DNA from: an uncultured Candidatus Saccharibacteria bacterium
Lineage (GTDB): Bacteria > Patescibacteriota > Minisyncoccia > UBA11713 > 2-01-FULL-45-33
NCBI GenBank assembly: GCA_964464405.1
Contig: CAYXFX010000002.1
Location: 44,027-108,026 of the forward strand
Length of the DNA stretch: 64,000 nucleotides
Direction of reading: 5' to 3'
The notes beneath the pieces are model-generated. The model was not told where the DNA came from. It was given only the letters and a program-made list of their open reading frames with translations, and ran no database searches. How positions within the stretch are numbered: position 1 is the first letter of the stretch; each line of letters begins with the position of its first letter. Made by a program: the position numbers and the translations under genes. Shown one piece after another: positions 10,046 through 20,047 of the stretch.

Positions 10046-10901
10046 AAAGTATAATTCCAGCAGAAACTATTAGCCAAATAAAAACAGTCACGAGCAGATG
10101 CTTATCAAAAAGCAAATCGTCAGTTGGACCGTCGTCTATTGTTTCTTTTACACTGATTAAAAATAAATATCTAAATAGTCCGTAAAGAACAATTGGAATA
10201 GTGACCATGAGAAGTTTGCTATGTTCTGAACTAAATGTATAAAACGCGTAAGTTATTATAGTTGAAGGAAGAACAATCATATTCATCTGGTCAAGCAACT
10301 GTGGGGAATATTGATTTAACCCAGTGCGAGTTAAGCTGTTTTGAGGATACGCAAGCTCGTTTTTCCTTTTAGAAATTCCCAAAAAAAGCGTGAGAAAAAA
10401 AGTAGACAAAATCAGCCATTGAGAAAAAGTGACTCCGATCGCAACCGCTCCAGCAATTACGCGTATTAAAAATCCAGCAGCAACAACAATTACATCGATA
10501 ATAACCACGCGCTTTAAATAAAAAGAATAAAGAATATTCAGTAATATATAATTTGCAATAAGCATTGCAAAATATGGATTAATAAAAAGTGAATTACCCA
10601 AAGAGAGTACGATTAGAAGCGCTGCGACAAGCCAAGCGGTATTTTGACTAAGTTTGCCAGAAGCGATCGGGCGGCTCCTTTTTTTAGGATGATTTCTATC
10701 CTGTTCAAAATCAAGCAAGTCATTAACTAAATAAACGGCGCTTGCAGCCAAACAAAAAAGAATGAAAGCAAAAACAACCGTCAAAAGTTTCGAAAAATCT
10801 GTAAATTCTTTTACAAAAATTATCGCAGCAAAAAGAAAAAGATTTTTAATCCATTGCTTGGGACGCATTGAGATAAACAAATTTTTTACGATTTCCTTCA
10901 T
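10035..10901 (-). CDS. UbiA-family decaprenyl-phosphate phosphoribosyltransferase-like (DPPR synthase-like)
   Basis: MRPKQWIKN, YLVNDLLD..QDRNHPKKRSRPIASG, LRVIAGA, KRKNEL. Confidence 0.85.
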   Translation of the reverse strand: MKEIVKNLFISMRPKQWIKNLFLFAAIIFVKEFTDFSKLLTVVFAFILFCLAASAVYLVNDLLDFEQDRNHPKKRSRPIASGKLSQNTAWLVAALLIVLSLGNSLFINPYFAMLIANYILLNILYSFYLKRVVIIDVIVVAAGFLIRVIAGAVAIGVTFSQWLILSTFFLTLFLGISKRKNELAYPQNSLTRTGLNQYSPQLLDQMNMIVLPSTIITYAFYTFSSEHSKLLMVTIPIVLYGLFRYLFLISVKETIDDGPTDDLLFDKHLLVTVFIWLIVSAGIILYAG

Positions 10902-10962
10902 TGTCGCAATTTATCATAAAACAAAACCCAAAATTGCGCACTATTGACAGAGTAAAGGAAAA

Positions 10963-11697
10963 CTAGCTTAACCACTTCTCAAAATCGGAAAGAAATTGGT
11001 TTACGACTTCTTCGGTTTTAAAGTGATTTATCATATCGGGAAAATATTTTGGAGGGACTGTTACAATGTGCGCCCCTGCGAGCCTTGCATCCCGCACGTC
11101 AATCACTCCTCGCATGCTTCCTGCAATAATTTCTGCCGGAATCTTGTCTTGGTCAAAAATTCTGCGAGTCGCTTGTACAACTTTATAAGGGTTGAAGTCA
11201 TTTTTATCTAGCGCGCGTCTATTTTTTGCCTCGTCCCGTTCTTTGGACATTTTTTCATCTAGGCCCCCGTCCCGAATTCTTCCCCAAAAAAGACTGACAT
11301 ATTTTGCTCCGGCACGCGCCGCCATAACTGCTTGCGTAACATTCATGCAGGCCGTGCAATTTACAGAAATTCCTGCCTTGCTTAATTTTTTTATGGTTTC
11401 TAATTCATCCCATCCGACCTGAACTTTAATGCTCATCTGAGGATAGTTAAAATGGTTCATCATGTGGTGTGCTTGTTCAATTATCGTTTTTGGATCCCTC
11501 GAAAACACTTCAACACTAAGATGAATGCCGGGCTGATACTTATTTATAAGTTCTATAATTTTGCCGATATGCTTCGCAAGTGAAGATTTCGGCTCTTTTG
11601 CTAAAAGAGAAGGATTCGTTGTAATCCCGTGCGCAAAACCGCGCCTTAACGCTTCCTCAATGTCAACTAAGTTTGCCGTATCAATAAATATTTTCAT
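10963..11697 (-). CDS. tal: Transaldolase (small TalC/FSA-type)
   Basis: IFIDTAN, GITTNPSL, SVEV, SIKV and SLFWGR; the Glu/Phe pattern fits transaldolase rather than FSA. Confidence 0.85.
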   Translation of the reverse strand: MKIFIDTANLVDIEEALRRGFAHGITTNPSLLAKEPKSSLAKHIGKIIELINKYQPGIHLSVEVFSRDPKTIIEQAHHMMNHFNYPQMSIKVQVGWDELETIKKLSKAGISVNCTACMNVTQAVMAARAGAKYVSLFWGRIRDGGLDEKMSKERDEAKNRRALDKNDFNPYKVVQATRRIFDQDKIPAEIIAGSMRGVIDVRDARLAGAHIVTVPPKYFPDMINHFKTEEVVNQFLSDFEKWLS

Positions 11698-11733
11698 GCA
11701 ATTTTATATTATCAAATAAATTTTAAAAGACTA

Positions 11734-12300
11734 CTAAGAAGTTTGTATAATTTTTTTTATTAATTCTGTAGCTTCCGGCAAATCAGAAACATGGTAATCT
11801 GCTTCGACGCCCAAATTTTGTTCACCATTAATCAAAATTGTGCTGACTCCCGCAGACTTTCCTGCTTCAATGTCGCTTCCGCTATCGCCCACGATAAAAG
11901 AACCTTTAAGATCGATCCCCCATTTATTTGCCGCGGAAAGCAACATTCCTGGTTTAGGTTTTTTGCAATCGCATCCGTCATTTCTTCCGTGAATACAGAC
12001 ATAAACGTCGTCGAAAGGAAGTTTTCCAATATCTTTCATTATTAAATTGTGATCTTCTTGGGAAAGAAGTCCGTATGTCAGATCCGGCTGGTTAGTTACC
12101 AAAATTTTTAGAAATCCCAGACCGCCCAATTTGCTTAATTCGTCGTTCACACCAGATTTTATTCTAAATTCCTGATAGCTCCAGGGGGCCGTCCACCTTA
12201 CTTTCTTGCCAAGAACTTCGCAATTTTCTCCGCGATCAACAACTTCATTAATTACTCCATCTCTGTCCAAAAAAACCGCTCTTTTTTTTAAAGGTAACAT
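11734..12300 (-). CDS. gmhB: D-glycero-D-manno-heptose 1,7-bisphosphate phosphatase
   Basis: FLDRDGVIN, VTNQPD, CxH..CDCKKPKPGM, VGDSGSD. Confidence 0.85.
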   Translation of the reverse strand: MLPLKKRAVFLDRDGVINEVVDRGENCEVLGKKVRWTAPWSYQEFRIKSGVNDELSKLGGLGFLKILVTNQPDLTYGLLSQEDHNLIMKDIGKLPFDDVYVCIHGRNDGCDCKKPKPGMLLSAANKWGIDLKGSFIVGDSGSDIEAGKSAGVSTILINGEQNLGVEADYHVSDLPEATELIKKIIQTS

Positions 12301-12305
12301 GTTAC

Positions 12306-12926
12306 TTAAATTATCTGCGGCGTCTTATGAATTCCCTCCCACTTGCCTTCGATCATTTTTAATTTGGGATGAAAAACCATACTATGCCACAAAACCGCCT
12401 GCCACGACTCCGCATGCGCCGTTACATTTTCGTGGTTTACTACAGGTACCAAAATGCAGGCATCCGCGACTCGCGCTGTGTGCCCGCCGTCTCTTGAAAC
12501 AATTCCTACCACCCTTGCTCCCATTTCCTTTGCGTGGTCTAGGGCATGCACAATATTTGTGCTCACTTTTTTTTCGGCATTTCCACCGCCTACTGAAAAA
12601 ACCATGACTACATCTTTTGGACCGATATTATTTCTTTCAAGCCATCTTACAAAAACAGAATCCCACCCGTCGTCATTCACACGAGCTGTTAATTCCGCGA
12701 CGTTATCTGTCGGCGTATAAGATTCTATATGCGCGATTTTTCTAAAATCGTTTACCGCATGAGAGGCGTTCGCAGCTGACCCCCCTACGCCAACTATAAA
12801 AAGTCTGCCTTTGTTATCTCTTGCGTTCCTTAGGATATCTACCGTCTTGTGAATCGCGCTTTTATCTACCTTTTTCGTAATTTCCGCGACTTCGTTTAAG
12901 TAGTTATCTATATAGTCGTTTTCCAT
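12306..12926 (-). CDS. gmhA: Phosphoheptose (sedoheptulose-7-phosphate) isomerase, SIS domain
   Basis: GVGGSAANASH, TARVNDDG, FSVGGG; clustered with gmhB and hddA. Confidence 0.8.
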   Translation of the reverse strand: MENDYIDNYLNEVAEITKKVDKSAIHKTVDILRNARDNKGRLFIVGVGGSAANASHAVNDFRKIAHIESYTPTDNVAELTARVNDDGWDSVFVRWLERNNIGPKDVVMVFSVGGGNAEKKVSTNIVHALDHAKEMGARVVGIVSRDGGHTARVADACILVPVVNHENVTAHAESWQAVLWHSMVFHPKLKMIEGKWEGIHKTPQII

Positions 12927-12959
12927 GGTTTACTTTTATATAACAGAGCGCGCTTTCAT

Positions 12960-14783
12960 CTAGTTACTCTTTACTTTATATAGATATATGTTGCCTTCGC
13001 TAGTTAAAAGAGCCAGATTTCCCAAAATTGGGCTTAAATCCCATTCGGGACTTTTATTTTTATCCCAAACAATAAAATTTACTTCATTTCGTTTTAAAAT
13101 TTCAGCCATACCATTCGGATTTGCGGCTTTTTTATAATTATCGAACAGATAGTTTATCGTTTCCTCGCGGCTTTTTACAATCTTGGGGTCTTTTAATCTT
13201 ACACGTATATTATATTGATCGAAATCGACTCCGGATCTAAAGCCAGCAATATAACTATAAATCAAAGGATAATAGCTGTTTTCACCAGTAGTTCCGACAA
13301 GGCCGAACCCCTCATCAATTTTGCGCATTTGTTCCACAAAATTATTTCTTGAGTTTCTGTCCATGTAAGCATAAAAAAAGAGTGCATCTTCTAAACGCTT
13401 GTAAGGGGTATTAAATACAAATGCATTATTGCCCCAAAATAAATCGTGGCCAGTATAAACCGAAAAGAATCTCCCGTAATAATGTTCGGAGGTTAAAACT
13501 ACGCCGGGTTTTTTTTCTTTTTTTAAATAATCAATAATTGGACGGTAATTCTGTCCGTATTCCTTTATTTCCCATGTGGCCATCATTCCCTGATACTGCT
13601 GGCGCGTAGCGGCAATAAAAGCGGCAACAATAATTATTCCTAAAATCCATTTGCCATATTTTTGCAGTAAAGCAGAAACCTGTTTTTGATAATTTGCAAA
13701 TTTCCACAAAAGATACGATCCTACAACGATTGAAGTTGGAATAGTAAAGTACCAGTAGTAGTGCATAATCTGGGGTACTTTTCCGGTAAGCACTTGTTGG
13801 TTGAGGGTTAACCAGCTTGCTAAAACTATTGATAGAAAAACCGGCCCGTATTTATTCCTCTTATTTAAAAGCAAAAAAAGTATTGATAAAAAAAGGACAG
13901 CAAAAGAAATTTTACTAAATGGCGCCGGGTTTCTATTTAACGTGATTCCGTAATACAAAATCTGCCTGCCTACTTCCGTTTTAGAAAATGTAAGAGTTTT
14001 ATAAATTGTAAATGATCCTATCATGAGCCCCGCAAAAAAAACTATAAACATCTTTTTAAAAAGTTCGTACTGTCGTAAAATTAAATACAAAAGAACTAAA
14101 CTTCCCGTAAACGCCAAAGCGAAAGTCCACGCGTATGGATAAACATAAAAAAGAACACCGAATAATACGCTGGGCAATATCCAATATTTTAATTCCGTCC
14201 TGTCTAAGCTTCTAACTAGTGCGTTAATATATAAAAACAAAATAAGAAGGCCGTAAACAGGCATAATTGGCCTGCTAAAAATATTTAGGCCTGGAACTAC
14301 GGCCGTAACAGGCGCGTGCGAAAGTTTTACCAATGTATATCCGCCCACTGTAAATAGCGCAACGGATACGGAAAGTAATTTATTTTCCGAAAAAGAATAA
14401 ATTAAAAAATAAATGGATAAAACCAAAAGAAAAACGCCCAAAAAAGAATAAAAAGTGTAAATCGAAGTAATATTTTCTTTTGCAAATTCCACAAAACCCG
14501 AAAATTTAAACGGGGACAAAAGCACATACTCCAAATAAACCTGGTGGGGATCTGAAGACGAGTCTTTGCCGATTTTTAAAAAAATATTTCCCAAAGAATT
14601 GCCTTCCAAAATCTCTCTTCCTTTAACAATATAATAAGCATCGTCCACCCATTCGCCGATATTTACGCCTCTATAAACATTTCCCGCCAAAATAGGAAAA
14701 ATCAGTGCTGGAGAAATAACAACTAACGACATAAGTATCGCCGTAACAATTGCAAAGTTATGAATTTTTAGGAAACCAAACAA
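12960..14783 (-). CDS. Polytopic membrane protein, probable GT-C fold glycosyltransferase (paralog 3 of 3)
   Basis: YRGVNIGEWVDDAYY, LFYVYPYAWT, LNQQVLTG, HDLFW, IVWD..WDL. Confidence 0.65.
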   Translation of the reverse strand: MFGFLKIHNFAIVTAILMSLVVISPALIFPILAGNVYRGVNIGEWVDDAYYIVKGREILEGNSLGNIFLKIGKDSSSDPHQVYLEYVLLSPFKFSGFVEFAKENITSIYTFYSFLGVFLLVLSIYFLIYSFSENKLLSVSVALFTVGGYTLVKLSHAPVTAVVPGLNIFSRPIMPVYGLLILFLYINALVRSLDRTELKYWILPSVLFGVLFYVYPYAWTFALAFTGSLVLLYLILRQYELFKKMFIVFFAGLMIGSFTIYKTLTFSKTEVGRQILYYGITLNRNPAPFSKISFAVLFLSILFLLLNKRNKYGPVFLSIVLASWLTLNQQVLTGKVPQIMHYYWYFTIPTSIVVGSYLLWKFANYQKQVSALLQKYGKWILGIIIVAAFIAATRQQYQGMMATWEIKEYGQNYRPIIDYLKKEKKPGVVLTSEHYYGRFFSVYTGHDLFWGNNAFVFNTPYKRLEDALFFYAYMDRNSRNNFVEQMRKIDEGFGLVGTTGENSYYPLIYSYIAGFRSGVDFDQYNIRVRLKDPKIVKSREETINYLFDNYKKAANPNGMAEILKRNEVNFIVWDKNKSPEWDLSPILGNLALLTSEGNIYLYKVKSN

Positions 14784-14787
14784 TTAA

Positions 14788-15774
14788 TTAAAAATCGAGT
14801 TTTTTAACACGCGCTCCCTGCTCATCAATCCAAAAATTAACCTCGCGAAGCATAAATGGCCGAAGTGTAGCTCTCACAGACTCTTTTATTTGTTCGGTGG
14901 GACAGTAAAATAAGAAATATCCTCCGCCTCCAGCACCGATAATTTTTCCTCCCAATGCTCCAGCTTTTTTTGCCGCATCATAAATATCGTCAAATCTCTT
15001 ATTGGACATCTGTTGAGACATCGCCTTTTTTATCTTCCAGTGATTATCCATCAAAGATCCGAAGCGATCTAGATCCTCTTTCAAAAATGAGTCATAAACC
15101 GCAAGCCCAATTTTTTTTGTTTCATGTTTTAACTCCAAAACTTTTTCTTTGTCCTGCGCCGCAAGAATTGGACTGCTTTCGCGGCTTACTCCAGTGTAAA
15201 AAAGGAGCGAGTTTTTTAGAAATTTATCCGTCGTTTCTTTTTTTATTTCGGGTTTTGTAATTTTCACTTTTCCATCCTGCGTAATATCAAACACAGCAAA
15301 CCCCCCGACGGCGCATGCGTACGGATCCTGCTTTCCATCGGGAAGTCCTAAATTTTGAGTAATCTCAAAAGATTTTTCCGCAGCTTCTATATTGCTCATT
15401 TCGTTTCCTTTGTACGCGGAAAGCCCCTTAAGAAGCGCCACTATGCAGGCGCCAGAAGATCCCAAACCGGTGCCAGCGGGAGTATCAGCTTTAAAGGAAA
15501 TCGCCACTCCTCTCTTAATTCCAGTCATTTTTAAAGATTCGCGCGCAAGTTCATGATGAATATCGTCAATCGAAGGGACTGCTTCAAAATTTTTATAATG
15601 CACATGTATCAAGTCGTCAGAACGCGTTTGTTTAATAAGCACATCCATATACATATTAATGGCCGCGCTAAAAATAAATCCTCCGTATTTTTGATAGTAC
15701 GAAGGCATATCAGTCGAGCCGCCTCCCAACGGAATCCTAAACGGCACCCGGCTTAAAATTAGTGATGAATTCAT
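14788..15774 (-). CDS. hddA: GHMP-family sugar kinase, D-glycero-D-manno-heptose 7-phosphate kinase-like
   Basis: PFRIPLGGGSTD, PAGTGLGSSG, GKQD, GAGGGG. Confidence 0.8.
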   Translation of the reverse strand: MNSSLILSRVPFRIPLGGGSTDMPSYYQKYGGFIFSAAINMYMDVLIKQTRSDDLIHVHYKNFEAVPSIDDIHHELARESLKMTGIKRGVAISFKADTPAGTGLGSSGACIVALLKGLSAYKGNEMSNIEAAEKSFEITQNLGLPDGKQDPYACAVGGFAVFDITQDGKVKITKPEIKKETTDKFLKNSLLFYTGVSRESSPILAAQDKEKVLELKHETKKIGLAVYDSFLKEDLDRFGSLMDNHWKIKKAMSQQMSNKRFDDIYDAAKKAGALGGKIIGAGGGGYFLFYCPTEQIKESVRATLRPFMLREVNFWIDEQGARVKKLDF

Positions 15775-15828
15775 ATTTTATATAACTATTTATTTATAAT
15801 AAATGTTTTTTGGTCAAAAACGCAAATA

Positions 15829-15856
15829 TTGACAAAACTTGGGGTGGCGCTATATT
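15829..15856 (+). promoter_or_regulatory. Sigma70-type promoter for the NUDIX gene
   Basis: TTGACA-16 nt-TATATT, followed by an AAGGAG Shine-Dalgarno upstream of the ATG at 15888. Confidence 0.6.
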
Positions 15857-15887
15857 TATGCAAGAAAAATACTTAAAGGAGTACTAA

Positions 15888-16454
15888 ATGGGCATCGCAA
15901 CCGAGCGTGAAATTGTGGTTCGTGAAGTTTTGCACGAAGACAAGTGGGTTTATGCTAAACAAGTTGATGTAAACTTGAACAATGGGAAAGAAATAAAAAA
16001 CTTTCTCATGATTGAAACGAAATCCGGTGGTTTTATATCGGTATGCGCCAGAATGGAGGATGGAAAATTCCTTTTTGTTAGGCAATGCAAGCCGGCAGCC
16101 GGGCTCAGCATAGAATCTGTTGCTGGCGGAAAAAATCCTGAAGAAACATGGCCGGAAGCGGCACTGCGCGAGATGGTTGAAGAAAGCAAACATGAACCGG
16201 GAAAAATTGTAGAAATAGGCAACCATGATATTGGAATTTTTACGCAAACTGATCGTATTATCAATCCGGTACGTCTATTTCTCGCGTTCGACTGTAAAAT
16301 GAGTGAGGAAAAATTAAAAGGAGACGAAATACAGGGAATCGAACACCTTTTTTTAACTCCCGAAGAAACGCTGGAATGTATAGCAACCGGAGAAATCAGA
16401 GATCTTCCTACAGTTACCGGAATTTTTGCTCATCTTTATTACGAAAAAAAATAG
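15888..16454 (+). CDS. NUDIX hydrolase (ADP-ribose/NDP-sugar pyrophosphatase-like)
   Basis: Nudix box GGKNPEETWPEAALREMVEE; SD AAGGAG. Confidence 0.85.
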   Translation: MGIATEREIVVREVLHEDKWVYAKQVDVNLNNGKEIKNFLMIETKSGGFISVCARMEDGKFLFVRQCKPAAGLSIESVAGGKNPEETWPEAALREMVEESKHEPGKIVEIGNHDIGIFTQTDRIINPVRLFLAFDCKMSEEKLKGDEIQGIEHLFLTPEETLECIATGEIRDLPTVTGIFAHLYYEKK

Positions 16455-16474
16455 CCGCGTTTTGCGGCTTTTTT
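16453..16474. terminator. Bidirectional intrinsic terminator
   Basis: AGCCGC-GTTTT-GCGGCT hairpin flanked by A and T tracts, between convergent genes. Confidence 0.7.
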
Positions 16475-16475
16475 G

Positions 16476-17132
16476 TTAGCTAGAAAGATAATCAACTACC
16501 TCAAGATACTGTTTTTGAGTGATGGGGCTTGAAGTCTCAACTTTGATATGCGAGTATTTTTCAATTTCTGGAGGAACGGGCGGTTGCTCTTCTAAATGCT
16601 TTTTCCATTCCTCATCAGAAGAAAGTTTTACTTTATCGTGCTCCGCAGCCCTTTCAATGACTCTTTTCCTTATAATCTCGGGGTCGGCATGTGCCAAAAT
16701 TATTTTTAATTTAAAGGAACCTTCGCGCCACCACGCAAAGTCGGTAAGCTGGGGTGCTAGAACTTTTTCGATATATCCGAATCTTACTTCTTTGATATAG
16801 TTGCCTTCCAAAATCGGATGCTTTCCCATCGGCAAAAGCTGTTTTGCCATCATCAGCATCAAATGATAGCTTTGATACCGAACGTGATCTCCATAATAAG
16901 TGTTGCTTGGATCATCTCTCGGAACCAAATCCCCGATTAAATATTGTGAGTGGCCAACTCCTTGAACCTTTTTGGGTGTCCATAGTAGTGCATAATTGAT
17001 CAAATCCTTTTCAATAAAAACAGAATTTGTCAAAGCTTTTGCCAACGGGTTAAGCAACGTACTTTTCCCGCTCCCGGAAATTCCCGCTCCCAAAATCAGG
17101 GTGGGATTAGGCAAAGAAAATTTAAAGTTCAT
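16476..17132 (-). CDS. P-loop nucleotide/nucleoside kinase-like protein (AAA_33-like)
   Basis: Walker A GISGSGKST, IEKD, RKRVIERA lid motif; SD AGGAGG. Confidence 0.7.
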   Translation of the reverse strand: MNFKFSLPNPTLILGAGISGSGKSTLLNPLAKALTNSVFIEKDLINYALLWTPKKVQGVGHSQYLIGDLVPRDDPSNTYYGDHVRYQSYHLMLMMAKQLLPMGKHPILEGNYIKEVRFGYIEKVLAPQLTDFAWWREGSFKLKIILAHADPEIIRKRVIERAAEHDKVKLSSDEEWKKHLEEQPPVPPEIEKYSHIKVETSSPITQKQYLEVVDYLSS

Positions 17133-18003
17133 GCTTTCCTCCTTTGATTAATTGCATCACTTCCTGATGCAATTGTTTATTTGCAAAAACCAAATCCTTG
17201 CAATTACTTAGAGACCATTTTTCTCCGTCCAAACTTGTTACTCTCCCGCCGGCTTCCTCAACCAATAAACAGCCTGGTAAGTTGTCCCACGGCTTGTTGC
17301 CGAGCGAGATTAAAACATCAGCAGACACATTTGAATTCCCTCCAGATGCGATTTTAACAACAGCACAAGAAGAAGATAACGACTGTCTATTCCTTACGGT
17401 TTTTCCTACAACTTCCAACACAAAGTTATTCTTTCCACGTCTGCTTGCACCTTCCAACAAAACAACGGCTTCCGATATCGAAGACACAGAAGAAACATGT
17501 AATCGTTCTAACCTCTGATTGGTATATCTCCAAGTTCCTTTTTTGCTTTCTGCAAAATAAAGCCCCGAAGAAAAAATTGGGTCATACTGCAAAAGAGATG
17601 CTTCTAGCACCGCCTCACACGGAAGAAAAATTACAGAAAAAACAACATGGCCGTCTATAACTTGGGCAATCATCGTGCCAAATAAAGGCAACCCCATCAA
17701 AAAGTTGTGTGTTCCATCCAAAGGATCTATTATCCAAAATGAATCAGTGATGGGAGGCCATGAATTTTGAATTTCTTCGCTCACAATACACTCGGCATTA
17801 AATTTACTGCGAAGATAGCCAATAATTCTTTCCTGCAATTCTTTGTCCAACTCACCAACAAGTTCGTTAGCTGCTTTTTTGGTAAATTGATTAACGGAAA
17901 ACAGTCGCTTAATGTAAAGCGGGAGCAAGTCGGTAAAAAATAAATTAAAATCCAAAGTTCTGGTCAATAACGAATACTCTAAATTGTCGTGGAACATATT
18001 CAT
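17122..18003 (-). CDS. Inositol monophosphatase family protein
   Basis: SEE, WIIDPLDGTHNF, KPWDNLPG; start placed after the SD AAAGGAG. Confidence 0.88.
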   Translation of the reverse strand: MNMFHDNLEYSLLTRTLDFNLFFTDLLPLYIKRLFSVNQFTKKAANELVGELDKELQERIIGYLRSKFNAECIVSEEIQNSWPPITDSFWIIDPLDGTHNFLMGLPLFGTMIAQVIDGHVVFSVIFLPCEAVLEASLLQYDPIFSSGLYFAESKKGTWRYTNQRLERLHVSSVSSISEAVVLLEGASRRGKNNFVLEVVGKTVRNRQSLSSSCAVVKIASGGNSNVSADVLISLGNKPWDNLPGCLLVEEAGGRVTSLDGEKWSLSNCKDLVFANKQLHQEVMQLIKGGKHEL

Positions 18004-18046
18004 TCTGCCACTCCTTTCTGGGAAGTAGGTTAGCACAAAAGAGTTT

Positions 18047-20047
18047 TTATTGCAACTCGCGCGTGGAAATTTGAGTTAAAACTTTCTTCGCCGCAGAAAC
18101 TGCGGTTAAAATCTTGCCGCTAAAAATTGAGTAGCAGCCGAATCCGTGCGAAACGACATCTGTTGGACGAGCATCCGTTTTTGCGGCAAATGTTTCCGTA
18201 GGAAGTATTACAAACATTGATTCAACATATTCGCAATCTTTCAAAACCGGAAACCACTTTAAACACCTCTCTTTCATTTTCAAAAAACGAGACTTTGGTA
18301 ATTTTTTAATTTCGTCCAAAGATAAACTTGTTTTGCCCTCAAAACTTTTATGCACGGATAAAGGAACGTCTCCTAACGTGTATAAATTTTTAGATTTCCC
18401 TACAGGAACAAGGGTCGCGAAAGGTCCGTCCATAATTGTAACAGCGCATTTATTTTTGGTACGCAACTTAACAACAGCGAGTTCTTTTAATCTGAAATTG
18501 AGTCTCTTTAAAGGAAAGCCGAGCCACAGGCAAAATTTATTATATCTCGCATATGTCGCGTTAATAATGTAGTCGAACTCTTTTTCCTTTTTTTTGCCGT
18601 TAGTAACCATTGAAAGAATTTTTTTTCCGTTCGCGTTAAGTTTTACAGACAATATTTCGGAATTCAAACTCATTTTTGTATTCCGGTTTTTTTTGAGTCG
18701 ATTTAGTATATATTTTTTTAAAATATTATAATCATAAACCGCTTCAGGGGTTAAAATGGAAAAATTTACAGTTTCTTTATTTAGAAATTCTTTTGGAGGA
18801 TATGCGTTTTTTTTCGGCAAATTGTTGTCCTTACAAACTTTCAAAAATTGGCCTTTTGTAACATTTGAGCCGTTTTTTGACACGCAATAAAAACTTGGGA
18901 AATCAGAGACTATTGAAGGGCCGTAAAAATTTTCAAAATCCTGCCTTTCCTCCTGAATTTCTTTTATTGTCTCTGGGCTTCTCGGATAATGGTATCCAAA
19001 ATGATGCCTATATTGATTAGCGCGCGTTGCTTCTTCAAAAATATTTTTATTTTTTTCAAACAACTCAACTTCGAATTTTTTTCCCAAAATTAAAGCTGTC
19101 GTTGTTCCAAAAATTCCTCCTCCGATAACGGCGATTTTCTGCTTTTTGGATAGAGCGCGGTTTGCGCTCTCTATAATTTCAATAATTCTTTTTCCAACTT
19201 TTCCGTCAGGATATTCCTTAACTACTCCGGAAACGGCGCCCAAAAACGCCTCAAGTTCCAGACGCAACGGTTCTTTTCTTTCAATAACTTTTTCTTTTTC
19301 TCTTCCGTTTTTCACTAAAATTATGGAGCTTTTTGCGTAGTCACAAACAACTTTTGACCCGTCCGATGAATTAAAGATGAGCTTTCTAATTTTATCTTTT
19401 CCCTTCCAGCCGATTTCTAAATTTGCGTCTACCCCGTTCAGATACCTCATTGAAACGTTTTTTAGGAAACTTGTGCCATTTGCCCAGATTTTTTCAGGAA
19501 ATCTTCCGAATAAAAAATCTAAAACATCAAAAAAATGGAGTTCTTCCAAGAAAGCTTCTTCGCCCTTGTGATAAGTTGCAATCGGGCTTGTAAACACGCC
19601 TTCCACGCTTAAAATTTTTGGAATTTTTCTAAGCATCATGTTAACTTTTTCAGTAGCGGGGTGGTATCTAAAAATATGCCCGACCATTAATATTTTTTTG
19701 TATTTTTGCGCTAAATCAATGAGTTCCTTTGCTTTTTTTGAGTTGTCTGCAATTGGTTTTTCAACAAAAACATGCGCGTACGAAAGGCTTTTTTTTACCA
19801 AATCAAAGTGGGTTTTGTAGGGCGTCACAATATCTACGCAGTCAACAGATTTTAATAAGTCAGGCTGCAACTTCAAAAATACTGGAACATTATATTTCTC
19901 CTTAATTTCTTTTTGAGATTCTTTTGTTTTCACAACAACTCCCTTAAGTTCAATTTTTTTGTCTTCAGCAAGAGCAAGAAGCACTCTTAGATGATTTTTC
20001 CCGAATCTTCCTGCACCAACTAATAAAATTTTCGGGAGCCGCTTCAT
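18047..20047 (-). CDS. Fusion of a Gfo/Idh/MocA NAD oxidoreductase and an FAD-dependent oxidoreductase
   Basis: VGAGRFG..HVFVEKP..VGHIFRY in the N-terminal part; IAVIGGGIFG, NQYRHHFGYHYPRS and SGKI in the C-terminal part. Confidence 0.83.
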   Translation of the reverse strand: MKRLPKILLVGAGRFGKNHLRVLLALAEDKKIELKGVVVKTKESQKEIKEKYNVPVFLKLQPDLLKSVDCVDIVTPYKTHFDLVKKSLSYAHVFVEKPIADNSKKAKELIDLAQKYKKILMVGHIFRYHPATEKVNMMLRKIPKILSVEGVFTSPIATYHKGEEAFLEELHFFDVLDFLFGRFPEKIWANGTSFLKNVSMRYLNGVDANLEIGWKGKDKIRKLIFNSSDGSKVVCDYAKSSIILVKNGREKEKVIERKEPLRLELEAFLGAVSGVVKEYPDGKVGKRIIEIIESANRALSKKQKIAVIGGGIFGTTTALILGKKFEVELFEKNKNIFEEATRANQYRHHFGYHYPRSPETIKEIQEERQDFENFYGPSIVSDFPSFYCVSKNGSNVTKGQFLKVCKDNNLPKKNAYPPKEFLNKETVNFSILTPEAVYDYNILKKYILNRLKKNRNTKMSLNSEILSVKLNANGKKILSMVTNGKKKEKEFDYIINATYARYNKFCLWLGFPLKRLNFRLKELAVVKLRTKNKCAVTIMDGPFATLVPVGKSKNLYTLGDVPLSVHKSFEGKTSLSLDEIKKLPKSRFLKMKERCLKWFPVLKDCEYVESMFVILPTETFAAKTDARPTDVVSHGFGCYSIFSGKILTAVSAAKKVLTQISTRELQ

